DNA of 30,132 nucleotides from a virus (lineage: Duplodnaviria; Caudoviricetes): the IMG/VR virus record IMGVR_UViG_3300017766_003215, positions 1 through 30,132 of that record; one strand, written 5' to 3'. The notes below the pieces were generated by a model that ran no database searches, was not told the DNA's origin, and was given only the letters and a program-made list of their open reading frames with translations. Below are positions 17,983 to 25,925 of the stretch, in pieces (positions within the stretch are counted from its first letter, which is position 1; each line of letters starts with the position of its first letter). Position numbers and translations under genes: made by a program.

Positions 17983-20952
17983 ATGACCGTTGAGTTCACT
18001 TCTCCGCAGTCGAACGTGACCGTCGAAGGCGACGGCTCCACGTTTGAGCTGACGGTCACGCAAACGCCACTCACGCTCGAGGTCGTCAACGCTTCGGCAC
18101 CGAGCGGTGGCGGTGGGGTGACCGACCACGGTGCGCTCACCGGCCTCGCCGACGACGACCACAAGCAATACCAGCGGGCCGACTCGGTGTTCACGACGAC
18201 GAGTCCCTACACAATCACCGACGAGTCACTGCTCGCCACAACAGGCGCAGCTGTCACGCTGCCGGACGCAGAGGACAACGTTGGCCGGTCCTTCACGGTC
18301 GCTGCCTCAGCGGTCACCACGACCATCTCCTGTGCCGGGTCGGACACGATCTTCGGTGTCGGGTCGAGCTACTCGATCGTGGCCACGAGCTCGGCGACGT
18401 TCACTGCCATCAACATCGGCGGTGCGTGGGGCTTCGCACTCAGCTACGTGGACGCCTCACGTGTCACGACTGGCACGTTCGGACCGAAGCGATTCACACA
18501 GACCAGGCAGTTCGTCACCGAGGCGCACGCAGACGAGCTCGACACGACCACGGCGCTCTGGCTGCGCTGCTACCCGACGGCCGCCAGCATGGACGGCGAC
18601 TACGGCGGTACGTGGCAGATCACGAACGCCGGCACCGGCACCGGCACCCTGCCGGCCACGCCGGACGGCATCGACATTCGGGCCAAGTTCTACCTCTACC
18701 GACCCTACGAGGACTCCGAGCTCGCAGGCACCAGTCAGGACTGGCCGTACCAGCGGTATCGGGAGATCCTCACGCAGACGAAGGCGAGCGCCACCGGCGG
18801 CGACCTGTCGGAGTGGGCGGTGGTTCACCCCGACGAGACCTACAGCGACCTGTCCGAGGGTGTCGCAGCGTGGTTCTGGGAGTCGACCCTGACCGGTGCT
18901 GCAGGTGAGTCGGCTGGATTCTTCGCCGACGACAGCAGCCAACTGATCGGTGTGCCGGTCATCGCACGCCTGACGCACGACACGGCCACCGAGACCGTGA
19001 CGCAGTGGCGCTGGGTTCCCTACGACACCGGCGTGACCGGCATCGAGCAGACCGGCGACGGCTACTGGTGGGAACCGGTCGCTTCCGAGACCGACGCACG
19101 CTTCGCCAGCATGGACCCCAACGGGACCGAGACCTGGAAGATCGGCATCCAGAACCGCATGGACGTGGCGTGGATGACGGTCCACGAGTTCGGCGGGTCG
19201 AAGATCCTCGACATCCAGCCGTCGCACCTGACGACCGCCGGTGCCGGTGCGACCACGTTCACCGATGGCGTCGGGAACACGATCAGCACGACCGACGGGA
19301 CGATCGGTATCCCGCAGGCGCTGAACGCCGCCAAGGTGACCAGCGGCGTGTTCGCACCTGCACGCCTCGGTACCGGCACGCCGAGCGAATACACGTTCCT
19401 CGATGGCACCGGAGCGTGGACTGCCGACGTGCCGGTGTTCGTGGCGGTCAAGAACACGTCGGGCGTGACCATCGCCAAGGGTGCGCCGGTCTACGCCACC
19501 GGCTCGGTCGGTGCGTCCGGTGCGGTCGAGGTCGCAGCCGCCGACGCCGACGACTCGGCGAAGATGCCGGCAATCGGACTCCTCGACTCCGAGTTGATCG
19601 CCAACGCCGAGGGTCAGTGCGTGGTTATGGGCGTTGTGCGTGGCCTGAACACTGGCAGCTACACGATCAATGCGCCGCTGTACGTGTCGACGACCGCAGG
19701 CCAGCTGACCGGGACCAAGCCGACCGGGACGAGCGAGCTGATCCAGAACGTCGGCCGAGTCATCCGGGTGAACGCCTCTAGCGGTGAGGTGTTGGTGCTG
19801 GGGCCGGGTCGTACGAACGATGTGCCGAACGCCATCGACGCCGGGAAGCTGACCAGCGGCACGGTGGCGACGGCACGCCTCGGCAGCGGCACCGCGAACG
19901 GCGCTCGCTACCTTGCTGGCAATCAAACGTGGGCCTTGCCGTATTCGTATTGGCTCAGGCTGGCGTTCAGTGACGCCGACTACACGGTGGCCTCATCACA
20001 GTCGGTGTTCGTCATGCAGACCGGCACGCTGTCCGCTGCACGCGTCGTGACGCTTCCCTCGACGGCGTCGTTCGCTGCCGGACAGGAGGTCATCCTGTGG
20101 TCCGGTGCCGGAGTGTCGGCGACGAACACCCTCACCGTGCAGGGTGCGAGCAGTCAGACGGTCAACGGCAGCGGCACGACGTTCGTCATCACCCAGCCGA
20201 ACCGGCTGGTGCGGTTCGTGTCGAACGCGAACACCGGCATCACCGCCACAAACCCGAACTGGGTTGTCGACACGTTCGACGTCGACGGGTCGGAGATCAC
20301 CTCGGGCACCGTGCCGTTCGCCCGGCTGCCGGTCGGGACGACCTCGACGACGGTGGCGGTCGGCGACGACGCCCGCCTGTCCGACGCCCGGACCCCGACA
20401 GCGCACAAGGTGTCGCACCAGGCTGGGGGCAGCGACGAGCTGGCCCTGTCGGCGGCGCAGCTGACGTCGGGCACGGTGGCGACGGCACGGCTCGCCACGA
20501 AGGTGCTTGGAGGACAGGACGAGGGCAGCATCGTGACGGCCACGACAGCTACCTCGCTGCTCGACTCGACGATCACGGTGACTGGTGCGGCTGGCGACGT
20601 GATCGACGTCGTCGCTGGCTACCGGTTCCTCAACAGCAGCGGCACAACGAAGGCCCCGACGATCATACTGAAGCTCGGAACGACGACCGTTGCCAGCTAC
20701 ACCCCATCGGCGCAGTCGTCGTCTGCTACTGATCGGCAGGGACAGTTCCGCGCGACTATCCGGCTGGAGTCGACGACCGACCAGAACGTGTCGGCCATTG
20801 GGTTCATCGCATCGGGCACGACCGCGCTGAATGGCACTGCGACCGAGAACCTCGGGACTGGAGTGGCGCTTGACCTGACCGGTGCTGTCCAGTCAGGTGG
20901 GAGTCAGGAGATTCAGCTGCACTCGATCATCGTTACAAGGATCGCAGCATGA
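17983..20952 (+). CDS. Modular tail fibre protein
   Basis: 989 aa, Thr/Gly/Ser-rich; DHGALTGLADDDH motif; five (D/N/S)xxx(L/I/V)T(S/T)GxxxxxR linker repeats; GDDARLSDARTPTAH motif. Confidence 0.85.
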   Translation: MTVEFTSPQSNVTVEGDGSTFELTVTQTPLTLEVVNASAPSGGGGVTDHGALTGLADDDHKQYQRADSVFTTTSPYTITDESLLATTGAAVTLPDAEDNVGRSFTVAASAVTTTISCAGSDTIFGVGSSYSIVATSSATFTAINIGGAWGFALSYVDASRVTTGTFGPKRFTQTRQFVTEAHADELDTTTALWLRCYPTAASMDGDYGGTWQITNAGTGTGTLPATPDGIDIRAKFYLYRPYEDSELAGTSQDWPYQRYREILTQTKASATGGDLSEWAVVHPDETYSDLSEGVAAWFWESTLTGAAGESAGFFADDSSQLIGVPVIARLTHDTATETVTQWRWVPYDTGVTGIEQTGDGYWWEPVASETDARFASMDPNGTETWKIGIQNRMDVAWMTVHEFGGSKILDIQPSHLTTAGAGATTFTDGVGNTISTTDGTIGIPQALNAAKVTSGVFAPARLGTGTPSEYTFLDGTGAWTADVPVFVAVKNTSGVTIAKGAPVYATGSVGASGAVEVAAADADDSAKMPAIGLLDSELIANAEGQCVVMGVVRGLNTGSYTINAPLYVSTTAGQLTGTKPTGTSELIQNVGRVIRVNASSGEVLVLGPGRTNDVPNAIDAGKLTSGTVATARLGSGTANGARYLAGNQTWALPYSYWLRLAFSDADYTVASSQSVFVMQTGTLSAARVVTLPSTASFAAGQEVILWSGAGVSATNTLTVQGASSQTVNGSGTTFVITQPNRLVRFVSNANTGITATNPNWVVDTFDVDGSEITSGTVPFARLPVGTTSTTVAVGDDARLSDARTPTAHKVSHQAGGSDELALSAAQLTSGTVATARLATKVLGGQDEGSIVTATTATSLLDSTITVTGAAGDVIDVVAGYRFLNSSGTTKAPTIILKLGTTTVASYTPSAQSSSATDRQGQFRATIRLESTTDQNVSAIGFIASGTTALNGTATENLGTGVALDLTGAVQSGGSQEIQLHSIIVTRIAA
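19858..20489. repeat. Exact 20-bp direct repeat GGCACGGTGGCGACGGCACG in the tail fibre
   Basis: Copies at 19858-19877 and 20470-20489, both within GTVATAR. Confidence 0.9.
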
Positions 20953-21242
20953 ACCGCACGCTCTACACGAAGCCGACACTGGTTGACTGGCCGACACTCG
21001 CTGCCGAACTGCGCGCTGTCGTGCCGACGTTCCGCGGCGTCAACGATGTCGGAGGCGAGGTCGCGGTGTACTGCGATGTCGCTCCAGACACGGACGCAGT
21101 GGCCGCTGTGGTTTCGGCTCATTCTGGACTAACTCTGCCGACACCCGACCCGCTGCACCAGCTCGCCCAGGCAATCGTCGACGCGAACACGCTCGACGAC
21201 GTGAAGCCAGCGGCGCAGGCGATCCTCGGCGGCGGGCAGTGA
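20949..21242 (+). CDS. Hypothetical protein, possibly fibre chaperone
   Basis: 97 aa; ATGA overlap with the fibre stop. Confidence 0.65.
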   Translation: MNRTLYTKPTLVDWPTLAAELRAVVPTFRGVNDVGGEVAVYCDVAPDTDAVAAVVSAHSGLTLPTPDPLHQLAQAIVDANTLDDVKPAAQAILGGGQ

Positions 21243-21243
21243 C

Positions 21244-21543
21244 GTGCAGGGGCTACTCATCGCGCTGACCGAGGGCGAACGCATCGGCCTGCTGGGCCTC
21301 ATCGGTGTGTGCATCACGGCCGCGGCGTCAATCACCGCCGTGGTGATCGGCCAGAAGGTCCGACGCGAGAACAGCGACCAGCACGGCGAGTCCCAGCGTC
21401 TGCTGGTGAGCCTCGCCGACAAGGTCGACGGCCACGGCCAGAAGCTCGACTGCGTCGCCGACCGGGTGGAGTCGGTCGCTGCACGCGTCGACCACGCCCA
21501 CTCAAGGATCGACAACCACAGACCACGGAGGTGGTTCAGGTGA
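21244..21543 (+). CDS. Lysis-cassette membrane protein (TM + coiled coil, DUF2746-like)
   Basis: N-terminal hydrophobic helix, then heptad repeats ending RIDNH; directly before the holin. Confidence 0.7.
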   Translation: MQGLLIALTEGERIGLLGLIGVCITAAASITAVVIGQKVRRENSDQHGESQRLLVSLADKVDGHGQKLDCVADRVESVAARVDHAHSRIDNHRPRRWFR

Positions 21544-21752
21544 GCAGATTCCAGCGTGACCTGATCGAGCGGGTTGCCCGCACGTTCCTACAAGCTGCGC
21601 TCGCCGTCGCTGCGACTGACCTCGCTGGCGTCACCAGCGTCGATGCCGCCAAGGGCCTAGCAATCGCCGCAATCTCTGCCGGTCTATCGGCGGTCACAAA
21701 CCTCCTCGGCAGAACCATCGGCGATCCCGACTCCGGTAGCTGGGAGTCCTGA
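21540..21752 (+). CDS. Holin (r1t-like)
   Basis: GTG 21540 with GGAGG RBS; 70 aa; DLIERVARTFLQA motif and two TM segments; adjacent to the endolysin. Confidence 0.85.
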   Translation: MSRFQRDLIERVARTFLQAALAVAATDLAGVTSVDAAKGLAIAAISAGLSAVTNLLGRTIGDPDSGSWES

Positions 21753-21753
21753 C

Positions 21754-22545
21754 GTGGGGTCTGCTGCAGACGTCCTGCGTATCGCTGGAGCCGAGGTCGG
21801 CTACGTCGAAGGTCCGAACAACTGGTCGAGGTACGCCGTCGGTGGCGCTCAGAACCAGCCGTGGTGCGGCAGCTTCGTCATGTGGGTGCTTCGTCAGGCT
21901 GGCGTCAGGGGTGAGCCGTCGTCGGTGTGGACGCCGTCAGGGCTGCAGGGGTACCGGCAGCGTGGGACGGCGATCGACCGGAACGGCCCAGTGCGGCCGG
22001 GTGACGTCGTCTACTTCGACTGGCAGGGTGGCACCGCCACCCAAGGCGTCGACCACGTCGGGATCGTGACCGGGGTCCGGCAGGACGGCCGGGTCGAGAC
22101 CATCGAGGGCAACACGTCCCCGACGGACCAGGGCAGTCAATCGAACGGCGGGGGCGTCTACCGGCGGGTCCGGCCGAGGTCGGTCATCGCCGGGTTCGGA
22201 CGTCCTCGCTACGACAGCACGCCCGCACCGGCACCACCGCCGACGAACCCCGACCAGGTGGCTGCGTTCCGACGCTACGCCGCAGCCGTCAACATCCGGG
22301 ACCTGACGAAGTCCGGGACCCTGAAGCAGGGCGACCGTGGCGCTGGCGTGCTGGCGCTGCAGCGCAGCCTGAACCTCGCCGCCGGGAAGGCGCTCGCCGA
22401 GGACGGGGTGTTCGGTGCCGGGACTGCCGCTGCCGTGCGTGACCTCCAACGCCTGTTCAAGCTCGCCCAGGACGGGGTCGTCGGCCCACAGACGAAGGGC
22501 GCGCTGATCTTCCTCCTCGGCCGAATCGAGCGCGGGGAAGCGTGA
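21754..22545 (+). CDS. Endolysin: CHAP domain + peptidoglycan-binding domain
   Basis: QPWCGSFV (Cys), DHVGIV (His), IEGNT; Pro-rich linker; LKQGDRG..V..LQ..L...DGVFG..T...Q....L..DGVVGPQT PG-binding motif. Confidence 0.93.
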   Translation: MGSAADVLRIAGAEVGYVEGPNNWSRYAVGGAQNQPWCGSFVMWVLRQAGVRGEPSSVWTPSGLQGYRQRGTAIDRNGPVRPGDVVYFDWQGGTATQGVDHVGIVTGVRQDGRVETIEGNTSPTDQGSQSNGGGVYRRVRPRSVIAGFGRPRYDSTPAPAPPPTNPDQVAAFRRYAAAVNIRDLTKSGTLKQGDRGAGVLALQRSLNLAAGKALAEDGVFGAGTAAAVRDLQRLFKLAQDGVVGPQTKGALIFLLGRIERGEA

Positions 22546-22802
22546 CCGGTCGCAACCTGCGTGCCATCGCCGAGTCGAAGGCACGACGGGCCGGCTACCC
22601 GGCGCGCCTCGCCCTGTTCGTCGAGTCGCTCGACGCCGACGACCGCGCCGAGGTCGACGAGGTGTTCTTCGGTGAGCCCCGCCTGTCGAACCAGCAGGTC
22701 GCCGACGCGCTCATGGAGGCGTTCGCCGACCACCCGCAGATCGCCCGGTTCCGGGTGACTGACAACGAGGTGTTGCGATGGCGGGCAAAGCACGCAACCT
22801 GA
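22542..22802 (+). CDS. Hypothetical protein (possible HTH-like)
   Basis: 86 aa; GTGA overlap with the endolysin stop; overlaps the next gene. Confidence 0.7.
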   Translation: MTGRNLRAIAESKARRAGYPARLALFVESLDADDRAEVDEVFFGEPRLSNQQVADALMEAFADHPQIARFRVTDNEVLRWRAKHAT

Positions 22803-23971
22803 GGGCGATCGCTGAGACGAAGGCCCCGGCCGTGCCGACACGTCGGACGCCGTCGTCGACCTCGGAGTGGCGACCTGGCTACGAACTCGACGGTGAGAGC
22901 GGCCAGCTCGTCACCGACGCCATCCCCGACGGCGTCGACGTCGACTGGGACCTCATCTTCCGTCACTGGAACCTCGACCCGGAGCTGTGGGTCGTTGTCG
23001 ACGGCAGCCTGCGCGTCAACGCGTGGGAGGGTCCGACAACCGAGGGGGCCCGGATCTTCCGGCAGTACAAGGCGACGATTCGACGCCGGCCGAACGCGAG
23101 CCGGCCGTCGGTCGTCGACCCGGTCCTCGACCAGCTGGCCCGACGTCGGCCACGTCGAGCCGACCCGTTGCCCGACGGGCCGCACGCGTTCGTCTGCGCC
23201 TGGGCCGACTGGCAGGTGGGCGGCCACGGGACCGTCGAGGAGTTCGTCGCACGCTTCGAGGCGTCGCTCGACGCCGTCGCCGCCCGAGCCCGTCGGGCCG
23301 TCCGGGCCGGGGCCTCGCAGCTGGTCGTCGGGTTCCTCGGCGACATGGTCGAGGGCGTCGACGGACAATACTCGTCGCAGCTGTGGGAGATCACCCTCGA
23401 CGGACGCAGCCAGCGGCGCATGGTCCGTGCCGCCGAGGCGAAGGTGCTGACCGTCCTCGCCCCGTTGTTCGCCTCGACGACGGCCGTCGCCGTGCCCGGC
23501 AACCACGGACGCTCCGGCCCGAAGGTGCTCACGTCGGCGCACGACAACGCGGACCTGGAGTGTTTCGAGGTCGTCGCCGACAAGCTGACCGGCTCCGGCT
23601 TCGCTGCCGCCCACGACGTCACGTTCATCGAGAACCCCGAGTCCGTCGTCGCGCTCGTCGAGGCTGCCGGGACGCAGCTGCTGTGGGTGCACGGCGACCA
23701 GGTGCGCGGCGACCCGTCCAAGCTGATCGACTGGTGGCGACGCGTGGCGTTCACCCGATGGCAGGACGCCGACTGCGGCCAGATCCTCCTCGCCGGCCAC
23801 CGGCACCACCTCCGCGTCGAGGAGCTGGCGCACCGACGCTGGCTCATGCAGTGCCCGACCCTGGGCGGCGAGTCCAAGTGGTTCGCCGAGCTGGGGGGTG
23901 GCACCTCGCAGCCCGGCACCCTCAGCTTCACCACCGCCGACGGCGCGTGGTGGGGCCTGCACGTCGACTGA
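22778..23971 (+). CDS. Metallophosphoesterase (calcineurin-like / Mre11-like)
   Basis: Five motifs in order: ADWQ, GDMVEG, PGNHG, VHGD, GHRHH; GAGG RBS. Confidence 0.9.
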   Translation: MAGKARNLRAIAETKAPAVPTRRTPSSTSEWRPGYELDGESGQLVTDAIPDGVDVDWDLIFRHWNLDPELWVVVDGSLRVNAWEGPTTEGARIFRQYKATIRRRPNASRPSVVDPVLDQLARRRPRRADPLPDGPHAFVCAWADWQVGGHGTVEEFVARFEASLDAVAARARRAVRAGASQLVVGFLGDMVEGVDGQYSSQLWEITLDGRSQRRMVRAAEAKVLTVLAPLFASTTAVAVPGNHGRSGPKVLTSAHDNADLECFEVVADKLTGSGFAAAHDVTFIENPESVVALVEAAGTQLLWVHGDQVRGDPSKLIDWWRRVAFTRWQDADCGQILLAGHRHHLRVEELAHRRWLMQCPTLGGESKWFAELGGGTSQPGTLSFTTADGAWWGLHVD

Positions 23972-24000
23972 GACCTGCGCTCCTCCCAGCGCAACGGATG

Positions 24001-24056
24001 GAACCCCCCGGCTCCCGCGCCCACCCTTCTGGGGCGACGGTCGAGTCGGGGGGTTC
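24001..24056. terminator. Long hairpin between convergent genes (probable bidirectional terminator)
   Basis: GAACCCCCCGGCTC (24001-24014) pairs with GAGTCGGGGGGTTC (24043-24056), plus an inner CGCCC/GGGCG stem. Confidence 0.8.
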
Positions 24057-24061
24057 TGTCG

Positions 24062-24829
24062 TTACTGGCCGTAGGCGTCGCGCAGGTCGTCGACGCTCAC
24101 GTGGGTGTAGTGCCGGGACGTCGTCTGCACCGAGTCGTGGCGCAGCAGCGTGGCGACCAGGTGCAGGGGCACGCCCCGTCGGGCCATCTCGGTGCCGCAG
24201 GTGCGGCGCAGGCTGTGCGGGCCGTGGCCCTCGATGCCCGCAGCGGCGAGGCGAAGGTTGACCCGTCGGCGCAGCGACCCGACCTTCACCCCAAACACGC
24301 TGCCGCTGCCCGGCTCCGGCCACGCCTCGGCCACCCACGTCGGGACCGGGATCATCGCCGTCTTCGCGCCCTTGCCGTGGACGACGAGCAGCTCCTCGTC
24401 GACGTCGAGGTCGTCGGCGTCGAGGGCGGCGACCTCGGCGATGCGCAGCCCACAGGTCAGCTGCAGCTCGACGAGCAGGTGGTCGGCCGGCGTCGTCACC
24501 GCCCGGCGCAGCGCCGTCACCTGCTCGGGCGTCAGCACCTTCGGCGGGGTGCGCGGCACCGTCGGCGTGCGCACCAGCTGGGCCGGGTTGTCGCTGCGCA
24601 CCCCGGCGGCGACGAGCCAGTCGAGCAGGCCCCGCACCGCGATGATCGCCGCCCGGCGCGACGCCGGGGCGAGATGTTCCGTCGCCTGCCACCAGTCGAG
24701 GAACGCCTCGACGTCACACGTCGCAGGATCGCCGACGGCTGCGACGAACTGCCCAAGGATGACCCGGCGTTGCTTCAGCGACGTCGGCGCGTAGTTGCGC
24801 GACGCCAGGTAGTGGTCGACACCCACCAT
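24062..24829 (-). CDS. Tyrosine recombinase/integrase, XerC-like, without arm-binding domain
   Basis: Catalytic residues in GLR, GKGAK, HSLRR, LRH, RHY; ATG 24829 has GGAGG 8 nt upstream; 255 aa. Confidence 0.93.
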   Translation of the reverse strand: MVGVDHYLASRNYAPTSLKQRRVILGQFVAAVGDPATCDVEAFLDWWQATEHLAPASRRAAIIAVRGLLDWLVAAGVRSDNPAQLVRTPTVPRTPPKVLTPEQVTALRRAVTTPADHLLVELQLTCGLRIAEVAALDADDLDVDEELLVVHGKGAKTAMIPVPTWVAEAWPEPGSGSVFGVKVGSLRRRVNLRLAAAGIEGHGPHSLRRTCGTEMARRGVPLHLVATLLRHDSVQTTSRHYTHVSVDDLRDAYGQ

Positions 24830-25262
24830 GACCTGCCCCTCCGTCTCGTTGGCCCGAGAACCGGAAGGTGTATCTGGAGACGGCGACTCTGTCAATGGGA
24901 CGGTATTGGCGGAGTTGAGGGTGGGCTGCGTGGTGTGCAGCGGGTCGGTGTGGCAGCCGGACCGACCCGCAGTCTCGTTGTGGTGGAGGCTGCCCGTCTG
25001 ACCCACGGGTAACTGTCTCGTCCACGACACGCAGCGGGGGCTGCTTCGGCTTGAGGTCCTCGAAGTACCAGACGACCGGCCATCCGGTCACGTCGGCCCA
25101 AAGGATCAGCTGGTGGACGTTCGGGGTCGTCCGGTCGCTCTCCCAGTTGTTGATCGTGCGACGCGACACGCCCAACGCCCGAGCCATCTGGTCGGGCGTG
25201 ACGTCTGAGAACTCCCTGGTCTGGTTTAGCCGGCCACCGAGTGTCTTCCTGCGGTTGTGCAT
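24714..25262 (-). CDS. Xre-family HTH immunity repressor (HTH in first ~70 aa, long atypical tail)
   Basis: LGGRL...TPDQMARALGVSRRTINNWESDRTTP...LILWADVTGWPVVWY; divergent from early genes and upstream of the integrase. The functional C-terminus is uncertain. Confidence 0.85.
   Translation of the reverse strand: MHNRRKTLGGRLNQTREFSDVTPDQMARALGVSRRTINNWESDRTTPNVHQLILWADVTGWPVVWYFEDLKPKQPPLRVVDETVTRGSDGQPPPQRDCGSVRLPHRPAAHHAAHPQLRQYRPIDRVAVSRYTFRFSGQRDGGAGHGGCRPLPGVAQLRADVAEATPGHPWAVRRSRRRSCDV
24867..24895 (-). promoter_or_regulatory. Putative sigma70-type integrase promoter
   Basis: TTGACA (24895-24890), 17-nt spacer, TACACC (24872-24867); the -10 is imperfect. Confidence 0.55.
24940..24970. 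terminator. 10-bp perfect hairpin between the repressor HTH and the integrase promoter
   Basis: GCGGGTCGGT (24940-24949) / ACCGACCCGC (24961-24970). Confidence 0.55.
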
Positions 25263-25269
25263 GGGGGGC

Positions 25270-25298
25270 ACGCTCCCACCATCGGGCGCTGCGCGCAA
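25270..25298 (-). promoter_or_regulatory. Putative leaderless repressor promoter
   Basis: TTGCGC, 17-nt spacer ending TGG, GAGCGT, then 7 nt to ATG 25262. Confidence 0.45.
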
Positions 25299-25313
25299 GG
25301 ATTCAGGGGAATC

Positions 25314-25395
25314 GGGCAGAAAGTTTCCCGAGGGTCGTTGACTCGGTGTCACACCCCGAGTAGATACTCGTGCCACAGCGGGCAAGTGATTGCCC
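25314..25395. promoter_or_regulatory. Candidate repressor operators flanking the rightward promoter
   Basis: GGGCAGAAAGTTTCCC (25314-25329) and GGGCAAGTGATTGCCC (25380-25395): 16-bp dyads sharing GGGCA-N5-TT.CCC. Confidence 0.45.
25338..25368 (+). promoter_or_regulatory. Putative early rightward promoter
   Basis: TTGACT (25338-25343), 17 nt, TAGATA(CT); overlapped by palindromes GGTGTCACACC and CGAGTAGATACTCG. Confidence 0.55.
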
Positions 25396-25497
25396 ACCTC
25401 GGCAGTTACCGAGCGCCTGCTGGCACCACAACCACAACGCCCGCCGGTCCGTGTCGGGAAGCAAGGGACCGACGGGCGTCGAGCATTGGGAGGCTAC

Positions 25498-25704
25498 ATG
25501 GCCCAACGATTCACCACACTCACCGCAGTCCACCTGTGGGGGGACGTCGAGGTCGGGACGAGGTACCTCACTCCCGGCCGGTACGCCGTGATCGTCGGCG
25601 ACGTCCAGCTGTTCATGGCCCTCGACCAGCTGCAGGCGTTCGCCGAGCAGGTCGCCGAGATCGCCGCTGCCCACACGGCCGACGTCGAGGCGGTGGCGTC
25701 GTGA
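25498..25704 (+). CDS. Hypothetical early protein
   Basis: GGAGG RBS, ATG 25498, 68 aa; GTGA coupling to the next gene. Confidence 0.8.
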   Translation: MAQRFTTLTAVHLWGDVEVGTRYLTPGRYAVIVGDVQLFMALDQLQAFAEQVAEIAAAHTADVEAVAS

Positions 25705-25925
25705 GCATCCTCGCAGCCCTCGTCGAGGTCGTGTCGGTCACGGCCTTCCTCGTCATCGTCCTCGCCGGCAGCTACGTCATCTGCCAGCGCAGCGGCCTGA
25801 ACGCACGCTGGAACCGGCACGTCGGCAACGACCTGGTCGTGCGTCGCCCGAGGGAGTCACCCACCGAGCTGTACCTGCGCCGCCAGCGTGAGTCGGCCAA
25901 CGCATGGCAGGAGGTCGACCGATGA
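25701..25925 (+). CDS. Small membrane protein
   Basis: 74 aa with an N-terminal TM helix; coupled on both sides. Confidence 0.75.
   Translation: MSILAALVEVVSVTAFLVIVLAGSYVICQRSGLNARWNRHVGNDLVVRRPRESPTELYLRRQRESANAWQEVDR

Noticed and set aside
24873-24897. dif-like site (GCGAC...TGTCAA) for the Xer-like recombinase
   Set aside because: Spacing and arms do not fit actinobacterial dif; better explained as a TTGACA -35 element on the - strand.
24830-25030. 67-aa N-terminal extension of the integrase in the ORF track
   Set aside because: Low-complexity sequence spanning a hairpin and a promoter; ATG 24829 has a clear GGAGG RBS.
23972-25262. tRNA gene or tRNA-derived attP core near the integrase
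   Set aside because: No T-arm (GTTCRANYC) motif or cloverleaf found by eye on either strand.
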